Shown here in pieces: positions 51,916 through 64,000 of a DNA stretch of 64,000 bases. The position numbers and the translations under genes are program-made. The notes beneath the pieces are model-generated. The model was not told where the DNA came from. It saw nothing but the letters and a program-made list of their open reading frames with translations, and did not search any database. Position 1 is the stretch's first letter. Every line of letters begins with the position of its first letter. The stretch is from Orbicella franksi. Its lineage: Eukaryota. The stretch lies in contig OZ116707.1 of the NCBI GenBank assembly GCA_964199315.1, forward strand, positions 5,332,001 through 5,396,000. The letters run 5' to 3'.

Positions 51916-54900
51916 TTAAGATATCATGGCATTATTAGAGAGGTGCATCCATTCTATATACCTTTTGTTCTGTGCAAAATGCTCCTCTTAAGAATGGAAT
52001 CTGGCACACAGATTTAAATTAATGATTACCCTTGAAACTTACCCGGTAGTGCTTTCCATCCACGTAAATTCCATTTCTCTTGATTTCATCTTTTTGCTTG
52101 TTTAAGGTGACAACAATTCTTTTAAGCTCCTCCCTTTACAAAACAGGATGTACATGTAAGAATGAGTTTAATTTAGGCTAGAGTTATTTCCAAAGTAATT
52201 TTACAGAAAATTAGAAGGTTTCCATTTGTGTGATGGTAAATATCAATTGAAATTGCAAAACATGTAAGTAGTTTGGCCTGACTTTGGGGAGGACTTTCAA
52301 TAGTTAATAATAAAACTGACCTTTTCTCTCTGCAATTGGCTATAGAAATGGGCATGACTGACTTTGCACTCTGAGCTGAATGACACCCATCATCCAAGGG
52401 AACAACACCAAATGTCAGCTGGTCTTTCCCTAAAAACATGAAATTATTACCTTATTGTATACATGTATCAATATCAATACATTGCAAGTGCTGAATATTT
52501 GCCCTTAAACTCCCAGGTCAATAATTATGGAGAGAGAAAATGTTGTTCTAACTTTGAATGAGATACTATGGTGACTGTTAAAACAAATAAATATTAAAGT
52601 TTCTCTTTGCACTAGCTTTTCATTGGGAGGTCATAAGTTCCTATGGTTTGAGTTCTCTCCAAATGAAAGCTTCTAGATCTTTCCTTTAACCTCTCTCAAT
52701 GTGCTATACTCTTACTAATATTTTTGCCTGATCCACTTTTATGAAAACAATAGTTTGTTTTCTTGTTTTCTCTTATGGCAAGTGGCCAAGTATTTACACT
52801 CTGATATTAATCCATTGCCATCAATATTATAAATTGCCTACTATACTATGCTTCATTATCCTTGGTACATCTCTCATACAGCTCTTAGAAAGTGTTCCTT
52901 GGAGAATAGCACAATATTTCACTGATATTGATAGATCCCTCTCTCTTTGCATTTGATGCTTATATCAATGTAGATCTCTTCATTTGAATACCAGAATGAG
53001 CTCAATCAAACTGTGCTGGCAGCCGGCAATTTGGCCGCCTACTTCAAATACAAGGTCTCTAGTAGTTACAATTGTAAGCAAAAGAATTGAAGAGATAAAA
53101 ATCAACATTCAACAAATGTATCTTGCACACTGAGTAGAGGGCCTCCTGGGGACTAGCAAAGCCTTGAACATTACGTGGGAAAATGAGCAGCATGAAAGGT
53201 AAGCAGTCTATGCTCTTGCAGTTACAAACAAGATGGCAAACAAGCTTGTATAGATGATTCATCTGCCACACCAAAAATTTCTCAATTCTTCCGTAAGGTA
53301 TCGGGCATGTAGATTTATAAACCTATAGTTTTGTATCTGTACAATGTATTGCTCAAAGGATTTGAATAATTTGATTAAAATCTTCGACCTCCTTGTTTGA
53401 AGGCCCTCAGCCTCTATTGCCTATTGCTCAAGCCACCTTGCCTACTACTCAAAAACATTTTGACTGGGCTGCAGAATTGTCCAAAAACACTAAAGCCACC
53501 ACATATCCTTGAGCTATACTACATGTAGTTTGTAGCCACTGTTGGAGTGAAAATGTTTAATAAGCCACTGGATACTTACCAAAGAAAGGGCGCCCATCAC
53601 ACTTCAAATTCAAGACCACTTCAGAAGAAACAAAACCATGCAGCCACATTTCTCTGATGGCCCAAGTGACAATATTAGGAAGACTCACTTCATACCCTGG
53701 TACATCAGGTGGAAGCTTCCGAAGACCAACCAATCTTCTAGTCACTTTAAACTGCTCTTGTTTTAATGCCACAATGTTGTTTTTGGTCCGGAATATGGGC
53801 TCATCAGCTTTCTTCTTTAAAAAAAATATAATAATAAAGCAAATATATCTAAGTATTAAATTGTGATCATTAAATAAAGCAAGATATTACATGTAATAAA
53901 TACGTACTGAATTTCTAATTTCTAAGAATGGGTTTTTTGAACAATAAACTAGGCTAGAGCTAAGTACTGCAATGACTACATAAAGTAATGAAGTAAAAAG
54001 GAGAATGATTGGAATTCTTGTCTTAAAATGAGCTACATGTAAGTTCACTAAAAGCAGTAAAAGGTACTGCACACAGTGGCAGATCTGGACCTTGTGGTAA
54101 GGATGTTGCCGTTGGGAAACTGCTCATCCAGATCCAGAGATGAATATCAACTATTTATATAACAAGCTTCTGATAAGAATTAAGGACATGATCCTGCAAC
54201 ATGAATTTCCTTGATATTTTAACATAATTTCCTTTCTCCACTTTTCAAATTGAGCAATTTTGGCCACAGGGGTAACAACATTAACAATGTAGAATGTAAC
54301 TTAAGCCATAACTTACCCCTGTTCTTCCAAGTTTTGTCAAATTGGTGAAGTCTTCCCAGCCTTTATCTGAGATTCTGGATTTCAGCTTAAACACAATACC
54401 AACACCCAATCAGGAACGCACATGCATTGGGCCCTTGCAGTTAGGGTCTCTTCTGAGAGCAACTTCGCAAATGCTACACGTGGTCCCTTCTCTTTTACCA
54501 TTATGTCAAAAGCAGAACGTACTGCTTCTTGTGCTTTGGCAGTGTCTTTCCCTCCATTGACACAACACTCTCCCAGGATGGATCCCAGTGATTCTCCTTT
54601 GGCATAACATACCCTGTCTAATTGGTTAACAATTGACCTAGTTCTTTCCCGGATTTTTTGTCGTTTAGTTTTCGGTGAGAGGTCTTCATCAACTTTTGAG
54701 CTCTGATATCCTTCTTTTTCTCACTCCTTTTAATCGCTTGGTTGTTTCCTGCCTTGGAGACAATTGATTTGGAATATTCTTCTCCATGTTGGATTTTGGC
54801 GGGAGAGCGCAAAGTTTTGGCAGGCTCGGAGTTGCCAGCAGAGTGGGGAGATGATCTTCGACATCTTTGTTCTTGAAAGACTTTAGCTTTTCATGCAAAC

Positions 54901-55749
54901 TTAAAATCTCTTGAGAAGCTGAGGATAACTGGTTTTTGATGGCTAAAACATGTGATTTCAGCCTAATCAGTTCAGGAGTGCATTCCCTCGAGCTTTCAAG
55001 GTCTAAATCAAAGGCCTTTGCGTTCAGCAGCGATACCACTGATTCAAAATATTGGGATTTAATAAATGGGCAATCTTCTAATGTTTTTAACCGAAGAATA
55101 CCGAGGATAAGACCAAGGGCGATTGCCACATGCACCTTGTCACTCCGCAGTCCTTTGCTGTGAAACCATTTGCTGGAGGCGGGAACTCCATCCTTCCCAC
55201 ATAAATCTTCAAACAACACTAGAGCATATTCCCCGTGAAAAAGCTTTGCTGTAGCCGAGGAGCAAAACATGGATGGCTTTGTACAACATAAAATTGAGTT
55301 CAAGGCAAACCAAGTCTTCTTAGGGTTCAAACTGGCAGAGAAGACTCTGTACACCGTAATCTCAGATTTATCGATCTTTGCAATTCCGTCGCTACTGCTC
55401 GCCATATTGACAAGGACAGAATGAAAGAAACTTGAATAGCAAATGCACATATACATTTTCAAATCTGGCGCTTCCCAGTCAGAGAAATTCCATATAAAGC
55501 ATAATTCACCTGCTGCGTTGGTTAAATTTTCTCCAAGCGCCATCTTGCTTTGTAAATGTACTACTGCAGCTCAATCAACGTAGGTGTAATAACAAATCCA
55601 GATTCCTTCTCGAGCTTGCTTGCCTTTCCGTGTTCTCGCGTGCACGAATTATCCGTTTCCCTTCCTTCGAGCGTCTGTTGCTCAGGCTACGGTGAGGGTC
55701 AAGAGTCACGGTAAAGAATGAGTTGCATGTAATGGTTATTTTTTGCGTG

Positions 55750-55824
55750 GCCTATGTGAGGCCGTACTCTCCCCTAAGCGGAGCCAAGTTTTCTCTGCCT
55801 AGGGGAGGGTACGTCTACATGTAG
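55750..55824. mobile_element. Short palindromic MITE-like element
   Basis: gccgtactctcccctaagcggag (55761-55783) vs ctctgcctaggggagggtacgtc (55793-55815): 19/23 complementary. Confidence 0.55.
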
Positions 55825-56274
55825 TCATTGAAGGCCAGGTTGCATTTGTTAGCACTAGTGTGGTTGAATCGTGGAAAGCCTTACTTGGGATGCAATCCTA
55901 TTGTTCATCGTTGTTGTCTGGAGTTAAGTTAAATAATAGGTCAATTAATTATAAGAGAACATTCTCTCTTATTTTCCCTGCAAACTGGCAGACAAAATGC
56001 AACAAACAAAACCAAAGCAGCCGTCCAAACAGTGTCTGCAGCGTAGTGGACAACAGACAAACAGGATAATCTTGGCTTAACTTTTGTATTAGCATCGGCG
56101 AACTGCACGATCACTACCCACTAGTGTTTATTATTATTATTATTATTAAGTACAAAAAAGTACAACCCTTGAACTTCGACAAATTTCCTGTGACATTGAG
56201 TCGAATTACAAACTACCCATTTCCGAAGACTGACACATTTCTCAAATGTCAGGGGAGCTGTTTTCAATCCCGCT

Positions 56275-57585
56275 ATGTCTGAACCAGATAAACCGCTAAA
56301 ATCGAAAGTGGATAGGTATTTTTCTCGCCCACATTATAGGGAAGAGAAAAAAAAACAGAAAAGTGAGTGGAAATGAAGGCAGAAAGAGAAAAATTAAAGC
56401 AGAAGCGAGCAGAGAGACAAAGAGACATGCACGTGGCAAGGAGGCGAAACGCGATGTTAAGGATGTCAGTTTTGCCCAACGCAACTTCCCCAGTGAGAGA
56501 GACGAAGAAGCCACGCTGAACAGTGTACTGATAGATTTTGGCGATAAAGGTGAAAGCAGAGCAGCACTACAAGTCGACAAAAATGGAGAGGCAGAGAAGG
56601 CTGAAAAGGCAGGGGAGAAGGAAGAGCGCCGGAGGGGCAAAGTACGAGACCTTGAACGCAGCAGAGGGCGGCAAATGTTAGCGTTATCACTTAAAAGGAA
56701 GAGGCCGGAATTTTCAACTAAACTAGATGAACAGCCCCGCGTTTTCAGCAAATCGGCCAGAGTTGGAATGTCCACACGGCCTACAATTACGACCCCTGAT
56801 CAGAAAAACCTGCCAGTTCTGATGAACCGATAGGCTCCGGGACATTTGGAACTGTCTATTTGGCAGAATACAAAGGCATGAAAACGGCAGTCAAGGAGAT
56901 CAAGAAAAGTAAGGACTCGCCCAAAGAAACTGAACGGTGTAGACGCGAGGTTCTGCACGAGGCTCAAATTCTTCAAAGTCTCGGCGACCACCCAAATCTC
57001 CCATTTCTTTTTGGTGTTAGTACAAAAATGGAGCCATTCTACCTCGTTCTTCAATTTCATGGCAATGGCGGAAAAAGTGCCACTCTCCATGAGGCTTTGA
57101 AGAAAAGGCTGCTAAAAAAAATTCAACAGCCCGTGTTTTTTATGAAATTGCGGAAATGCTCAAATATGCACAACAAGAGTTTCTTGCATAACGATTTGAA
57201 GACAAACAATGTGCTGATGCATCAGCGAAACTCAGGGGAACTTCATCCAATCTTAATCGATTTTGGCAAAAGTCGAGCCATAGCCAAAGCAAAGGGATAT
57301 TGGAGAAGTGATTTCGATTACCTTGCGCCGGAAGTGAAAGCGGGCAAAAAGGAAAGTACGCAAAGTGACATTTTTTCTTTTGGCAAAATGCTTGAAGCAG
57401 CCATTCGTGGGAGAAGTTTTCTTCCGACGTTTTCGGAACTAATCGCTAGCACTACTGCAGTGGATGCCTCAAAAAGGCCATCGATTAGTGAGGTTGCTAA
57501 CGAACTAAGTTTTATAAATGAATATTATGGTTACCTAGATAAGAACTTAGTGAGAGGAACTATCACCAAGGCTTGTTGGGAGTAA
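56275..57585 (+). pseudogene. Intronless Ser/Thr-type protein kinase with charged N-terminal region, frameshifted
   Basis: IGSGTFGTVY (~56830), TAVK, EAQIL, LHNDLKTNN (non-RD), LIDFGK, YLAPE and SDIFSFG; several frameshifts. Confidence 0.8.
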
Positions 57586-58239
57586 TTGTTCTGTTTACTG
57601 TTTTTGTTAATTTGTAAATCAAATAGGCGACAACTAAAATTTAATCCAAAAGAAAAGAAAAAGAAGAACTAGGTGGCCATGGGGTGCAAATCGAGCCACG
57701 GCGGAACCGATGTGAAAATATTTCAAAACATTGTAATGCGTTATCAACAATACAACATTCATCTGGGATATATAGTAATGATTTGGGTGTCTAGCTTTAC
57801 TTTACAATAAGTAGTCTGCTGTATTTTCACCAACTGCGGTTTTTAGATATGGTAATAAATACTTTTACTCTACGCATTCATTCTTCAGCATAATTCTTCC
57901 GGTGCCATTTAAGTTCCGTGATCTGTAGACACCCTTTAGTTTTAGCATTTGATTTTCTCCCATCTTCGTTAAATGGACCTCTCTTTGTTATGGTCATCAC
58001 GAAAGTTGCAGGTCACACGCGATTTTGTGGAGGACTCACGAGCTGAGAAAATATCGCCAATCTCTGGCGTGTTTCATTTTATCGCTTGTCAAATTACTCA
58101 GTACCACGAGATGCGGCCTTCATCTTATCAAAAAATGTCACGCCTTATCGAATTACTCAGGGACAGATCATTAGCCAGAATGGTGAAAAAAGTAATTGCT
58201 TTTCGCAGTGGGATGTTTAATGATAATTGCTAAAAGGCC

Positions 58240-59090
58240 TAGCGTCCTTAGCAACTCCGGCGTCATGTGTGCAAAAAAAAGTCGTCTGCAGGTCCTCATG
58301 AAAGGATCAGAGTCCTCATGAGACTGAAAAACCTGATACCAACAAAAGCAAAGCTGCAATCTTACCACACCTTACTTATATTCACCTCACCTGGCACTTC
58401 TGCAAGGCTAGCGACAAGAGAAAGCTTGAGCGCATACAAGAAAGAGGACTCAGGGCAGTATTTAAGGACAAACATTCTAGCTGCGAGAAACTACTGGCAA
58501 AGCAGACAGCATCGTTGTACAACAGACGATTACAGGATATTGCTAACTTCATGTATAAGATTAAGCATAAATTACTACCAAAGAGACTTTAGAATCTTTT
58601 CCAATTAGACAGTAGCTCATATTACTTAAGGAAACAAGAATTTGTTCTACCACAATTCTCCTCGGTGACATATGGAAAACACTCACTTCGTTACCAGGGG
58701 CCCAAACTGTGGAATGATCTCACTCCTAGAATAAAAAATTTACCCTCTTTGAAGCAATTTAAAAGCATCATACATAATGAGGATCTTACTGCTCTAACTG
58801 CTAATGTTAGTGACTGTTGAGGCTGCAACCTATGCCAAGAATGACTGTTTATTTACATACGTTTCACAATTAATATACATAATTTAAATATTTGAATAGG
58901 GTCTAAGATATATAATTTTAATATACTCGTAGTCTTTTTAGCTCAGTTAATGGTTGTAATTAGGTTTCTATATACTGCATAAGTGCCCACAAGTATTTTG
59001 TAATTCAGAGTTCAACAAATGATTTTAATTAGGTTACTAGTTAGGTGTCCACAGCACCGACAAGTATTTACATTGCGACTACAATTCGGA
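58240..59090 (+). mobile_element. Degenerate CR1/L2 LINE 3' fragment
   Basis: ERIQ.RGLRAVFKDK, FVLPQF.SVTYGKHSLRYQGPKLWN and LPSLKQFK. Confidence 0.75.
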
Positions 59091-59337
59091 AAAAGGCTGC
59101 TCTATTCTCTGTCTGTTTACAAATGATAACAATTTTACTCTATGAACTATATTGATAATTCATCAGTGACTTCTATGATATTTACACTGCTTATTGGAAC
59201 ATGGTACATTGTCTCTATGCCATGCTCTTACAAATGAACCATAATAACAAGATACTACTAAGTAAACATTCTTTTAGTATTTATCATTCCACTTATGTTT
59301 GAAGATTTGCAGCTCAGGGTTTCTTTTTCTTTTTCAG

Positions 59338-59520
59338 GGGTGAAGATTTTAGAAAAGACTTCAAAGACCTGTCAGTGGTGAAGGCATTCTTTCCCAATGT
59401 ACCTACAATGGCTCTGACAGCAACAGCACCACCTTGTTTATTAAGAGACTTGAAGCAAAGTCTGCAATTGAAAAATGACTGTAAAATTGTTGCACGAAAC
59501 CCTAACCGGGTGAAGATATA
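59338..59520 (+). pseudogene. Isolated exon of a RecQ-family helicase
   Basis: ttttcag| acceptor, then GEDFRKDFKDLSVVKAFFPNVPTMALTATAPP..NPNRVKIY (aromatic-rich loop plus motif III); cut by the BEL LTR. Confidence 0.75.
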
Positions 59521-59521
59521 C

Positions 59522-62500
59522 TGGAGAGATGACCGAATTGATTAGTGACATTTTTGAGCTGACTATTGCATGACTATTTTGAAGTACCAGGCACACCGCA
59601 GCGTGGGGACTCAAAACGTGTAAAAATTATGGGATGTGACGAGAATAAAAAAGACATGGAAGATGAAAATGTCGTTGTGTTTTTATGAGTTTCAATTCTG
59701 CATTATTTCTATCCATAGTGGTCCTTTGAGCGCCAGATCTCGGTACAAAAGAATAGAATCAGCGGCGGATTAAAAGTGAAGCGTAGAATTGAAAAATGGC
59801 AGAGAATTCGCCAAAATCGCATGTGAATGCCGATGGATCTGCTGTAGAGCAGAGGACATGTGAACGAAACCTGCCGAAACATTTAAGCGACTACACCGAT
59901 GTTCCCGGTCGAAGCAAACTGCAAATGATAAAGAACAGAAGAAGTTCGATGAAAGCCAACCTGACAAAGAAGATAAACATCATAGAGAATTACATTGAGG
60001 GACGGAAAACCATAAGTTGATTGAACTTGCACTCACTCAACTTAATAGACCATGGGATCAATTGAGAGAACCATAAAGAATTTGAAACTTTGTGCAGTAA
60101 TGATGAGGAACTGCAAAATGCCGACACATGGTTGCTAGAATCCCAAGCAGTTGTAGAAGAACTTATCTGTGGAGTTGTTGATTATCAGGAAGACAAAATA
60201 GATAGTGAGGGATCTGAGTTAAATGCCCCAATAGCAGCCCGGAAATCTAAACAGGCTGACCAAAGTGATATTGCTTCAGTCACTGGCATTGGCCATAAGA
60301 GTAGCAAAGAGAGTGGTAGCAAGCTAAGCAGGACAACTTCTTCCTCGTCCAGCAAACATGCAAAAAGAAGCTGATCTCACTAAACTGAAAGTGGAGCAGC
60401 TAAAGGAGAAAGCTCGATTAGAGGCCAAAATTACAGCACAAAAAGCCCAACTCAAGGCACGATTAACAATCAAAGAAGCAGAACAGGAAGCAGATAGGAA
60501 AGAAAAAGAGGCACTGCTCCTAAAGGAAGAGATAGATGAGGATGACATTGTCAAACGCTCAAAAGATTTTGAAGATGATGCCTCGGTAGCAGAAAGATCA
60601 GACAAAATAAAGATTGTTAAGCTGATGACCCAAACTAAAAAAGAAGACCCCTCTAAAAAGAATACCAAGTTCACTACACAGAAATTTAAGGAGTGGCTAG
60701 CTGATGTGAGCCCCAAGGAAGAACCAGATGAATCGAGTAATCCTCGTAAGCAAACAGAGGACAAGGAAATAGTTGTGGACTTGACAAAGTTGAGTATCCC
60801 AAGGTCAGCATTGGTGTCTTCTCTCCCCAAACTTAACTTACCTGTATTCAATGGGGACCCATGTGATTGGCCAAATTGGTATGGAATGTTCAAAACACTG
60901 GTACATGACCAGCGACTTACCAAAACACAAAAGATGATCTATCTTAAAACATCAGTAAAGGGAATGGCAGAGAAAGCCATCACAGGAATGTTCTTTGATG
61001 GGACAATGTATGACGAAGCTATAAAGGAGCTGACTTGTCAGTTCGGAAACCCAGGACTCATTTCAAAGTCCTTAATTAGCAAGCTGTTGGAAATGCCAGC
61101 ACTTAAAGATGAAAGCACTTCAAGTCTGAGGTCATTTGTTGACACCTTGCACAGCCTTGTGACAGTAAAGCCAACATGCAACATGTCATGGGAAAACTAC
61201 CTCCAGCAATTTCTGAAAGGTGGAGCAGGAAAAAGCTTGCGCTACAGCCAAAGGAGGTTGACCTCACAGATCTGGATAAGTGGCTGGAAACAGAGGTCCA
61301 AGTCAAAGAGATGGCATTTGGTTGTTCCAAAACAGAAGTCTCTAAACAAGATGGTGGAAAGTCCAAACCATATCCAAACAGATCAAAATGGTCCAAAAAA
61401 CAGGACCCTCCTAACAACACGTTTGCAGCTTCAGGGGCCAAAACAGAATGTATCATTTGCAAAGGAGACCATGGGATCACGTTGTGTGAAACTTGGAAGA
61501 AGGTAGCTGTGAACGATCGCTGGGAGTTAGCGAAGAAGTTCAGCTTGTGCTTTCGATGCCTTAAAAGGAACCACTGGATCGGGCGTTGTTCACTGAAAGG
61601 GACTTGTCCAGTGGAAGGATGTGAATGAAGGCACCACCCACAAAACCCGTCAGCGGGGACATTTCATCCACCAGAAGCGACTGTAGAAGAAACACCAGCA
61701 GCTAAAACACCTACAACCTATGCAACCTGTGGAGTGATTGAGGAGCCTGTGAGCATGCCCTGCCCTGCAAATGGTACCAGTAATCCTGGAAGGGAGAAAT
61801 GGAATCAGGATTAAAGCAAATACTTTCCTTAACGGAGGTTCTGGATCATCATACCTGAAAGAAGAAATAGCTGACATGTTGGGTCTGGAAGCTGAACGTA
61901 GATCACTTCGTGTATCAGTCTTTGGAGCAAAGTCAATTGTTACAGATAGTAAAACTGTGACTGTACACATCGAGAGTTTGGATGGTGGCACTAAGAGAGA
62001 AGTTTTCTTATGGACTACCCCGAACACTTGTGAGATGAAAGCGGTAGATTGGTCTCACAGTACAAGAAGTTTAAATCATCTTTGTGATCTTGAGATCCCA
62101 AAGCCAGTTGGACATGGAGAAGTCGATATACTCATTGGGAGTGATTATTATGAGGAACTTCTTTTACCACTTGAACACCACATAGGAAAACCAGGAGAGC
62201 CTGTGGGGGTAAAGACACCGCTTGGATGGGCTGTTGTTGGACATGTTCCAGGAGAAATGGATGAGTGTCAGGTTGCTAACCACGCCTGCACGTTCCATGC
62301 AAACCTTACCCCAGAAATGCGAGCCAATGAACTAATGTGGAAGATATGGGATGAAGAGGTGATTGGCATCACAGACCAGAACAAGCCTTTCACAACCGAA
62401 GAAACACTTGCTGCACAAAAAGTGGCAGAGTCACTTACAAGACCTCCTGAAGTCTATGAAGCAATGAGATTGATGTTCGGTGACCGTGCATCACCTTACC

Positions 62501-64000
62501 TCGCACAGTACATTGTTCGACAGCATGCAAAGGATAACAGTGACGACTATCCATTAGCAGTAGCTATCATCCTTCTGCAGATGTATATGGATGACATCAT
62601 GACCTCATTGGAGACGGATGATGAAGCAATAAAGGCTTGTGACCAGCTTATCGAGTTACTTAGCAAGGCAGGGTTCAAGATACGGCGATGGTGCAGTAAC
62701 CGGTCTAATGTGCTAGAGGATATTCCCGTAGAAGATCGCATGGCCAATGTTAACATTGAGGAGTCTGAGTTACCCAGCATGAAAGCTTTAGGAGTCCAAT
62801 GGAATGCTGAGACGGACATGTTTAACTTCAAATTGAGTCCACCGAGGGACATTGAGTACACAAAGTGAGGGTTCCTTAAGAAACTTGCAACACTTTTTGA
62901 CCCACTGCAGATGTTAGCGCCATTTACAATCAGAGCAAGGATGGCCAATCACAGCAAGGAGTTTCCTGTTGAGTTGGAAAAGAGATGTAAAGAGTGGTTC
63001 AGTCAACTACCGGAGCTCTCTGGCGTCCAGGTACCGAGATATTATCATGAAGTGGGTAAAAACGTTGTTGACACATCCATTCACACAATGGTAGATGCAT
63101 CACAATTGGCGTATGCAGCTGTAAGTTACGTGCAGCATGAATATGAAGATGGGAAAGTGACTGCGATTTGTTGCAGCAAAAGCACATCTTGCACCTATAA
63201 AAGCAACAAGTATTCCTAGATTGGAGCTCATGGCAGCAGTGTTGGGATTGAGACTGTCCAGAAAGGTTTCAGAGCTGTTACAGATTCCTCTCAAGAACTG
63301 CACATGGTGGACTGACAGTGAAGACATTGTTTGCTGGATTCAGGGCCAGTCAAGGAGGTACAAGACCTTTGTCGTGAATAGAATGTCAGAGATCCATCAG
63401 AAGTCAAACCCCAGACAGTGGTGCCACATTCCGACAGACTTGAACTGTGCTGATGATGCGACACGTGTGCTACATGCAAGAGAACTGACAATAGATCATC
63501 GCTGGTTCAGTGGACCTGCGTTCTTGTATGAGAATGATGCTTGGCCTCAGAGAAAACGCATCAAACAGGAAGAACGTTCTGGACTGTCTAGCTGAGATAG
63601 CAAAACCGAAGATGACCTTTGCAACAGATGTTTCATCGCCATGGATGGATCCATTGAGGTACTCAAGTTGGACAAGGCTGAAAAGGGTCACGGCATGGGT
63701 GATGAGATTTTTAGCCAAATTACTAGTCAAAGTGAGAAAAGTGGAGAAACCTTGGGGTGTTGAGGTCTCCACAGAAGTTACGTTAACCCCGACCGAACTG
63801 GACAGAGCTGGAAATATCTGGGTTAAGCAAGCACAGCTCAAGAGATTCCCAAAGGAGATGCAAGAGTTAAAGAGTGGAAAAGAAGTCAGCAAGCAGAGCC
63901 ATTTGAAAGCCCTGACTCCAGTAGTTGATGAGTTTGGTGTGTTGCGGGTAGGAGGCTGACTTACCAGAGTGCAACTTCCTTATGATGCTGCCCATCCTAT
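59522..64000 (+). mobile_element. BEL/Pao LTR retrotransposon, 5' portion, degenerate (continues beyond the window)
   Basis: Putative LTR ~59522-59717; PBS TGGTCCTTTGAGC (tRNA-Tyr-like) at 59719; gag LPKLNLPVFNGD; three Zn knuckles; protease FLNGGSGSSY (D->N); RT YMDD with internal deletion; RNase H DASQLAYAAVSY and WTDS. Confidence 0.9.

Larger units (their letters stand above)
38904..55543 (-). pseudogene. Copy B: ~13-exon gene for a RAG1/Transib-like DDE transposase fused to a C-terminal Ulp1-like protease (~1,380 aa), disrupted
   Basis: Phase-consistent exons (minus strand): ~55410-54317, 53814-53580, 52429-52321, 52133-52030, 51162-51117 plus 45135-45066, 44799-44726, 44425-44151, 43830-43682, 42240-42148, 41828-41612, 41046-40960, 40498-38904; tentative first exon from 55543. 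Motifs: LKCDGRP (D), VTLDYKGL (D), CCLFC, CALHCEMR, FSGSTQRKIL, YGHITIEH, SNQGFEAAHK (E). Lesions: two frameshifts (~54690, ~54390), Gypsy insertion, TAG at 40467-40469. Confidence 0.85.

Noticed and set aside
53059-53274. 71-aa ORF as an extra exon of copy B
   Set aside because: Exons 53814-53580 and 52429-52321 already join in phase into a continuous catalytic motif (DGRPFFG|KDQ).
38904-55543. A RAG2-like (kelch/PHD) partner gene for the RAG1-like core
   Set aside because: No kelch-repeat or PHD ORF is recognisable on either strand near any copy.
55560-55591. CACCTACG... on the minus strand at 55586 as a RAG/Transib-like CAC terminal inverted repeat for copy B
   Set aside because: I found no matching inverted copy or 5-bp TSD at the other end (38.6-38.9 kb) or upstream of copies A and C; CAC alone is too common.
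1-64000. Uni-strand piRNA-cluster-like arrangement
   Set aside because: Element orientations are mixed, roughly half on each strand; small-RNA data would be needed.

Overview
Eukaryotic, AT-rich DNA with GT-AG introns; the SINE and transposon families suggest a cnidarian, probably a stony coral (inference). The window is almost entirely nested, decaying transposable elements, and I found no clear host housekeeping gene. Retroelements: two Penelope-like elements (one with a hammerhead ribozyme, one apparently lacking an endonuclease), five CR1/L2-type LINE pieces, two tRNA-derived SINEs, a Gypsy LTR element with a 5-bp TSD and three LTR copies, and the 5' part of a BEL/Pao element. DNA-transposon remnants: Kolobok, Sola3-like, P-element-like and a non-autonomous hAT-like element. 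Main result: splicing by hand reconstructs a ~12-intron, ~1,380-aa minus-strand gene (55543->38904) that the ORF track splits into unrelated pieces. It encodes an unrecognised N-terminal domain, a RAG1/Transib-like DDE transposase core with its Zn ligands, six Cys/acidic 19-aa repeats and a C-terminal Ulp1/SENP-type cysteine protease. A Gypsy insertion disrupts it inside a catalytic exon. Three diverged paralogous fragments lie at ~8.3, 11.3 and 33.7-34.8 kb; the latter two conserve intron positions. All family assignments come from motif recognition, not database searches.
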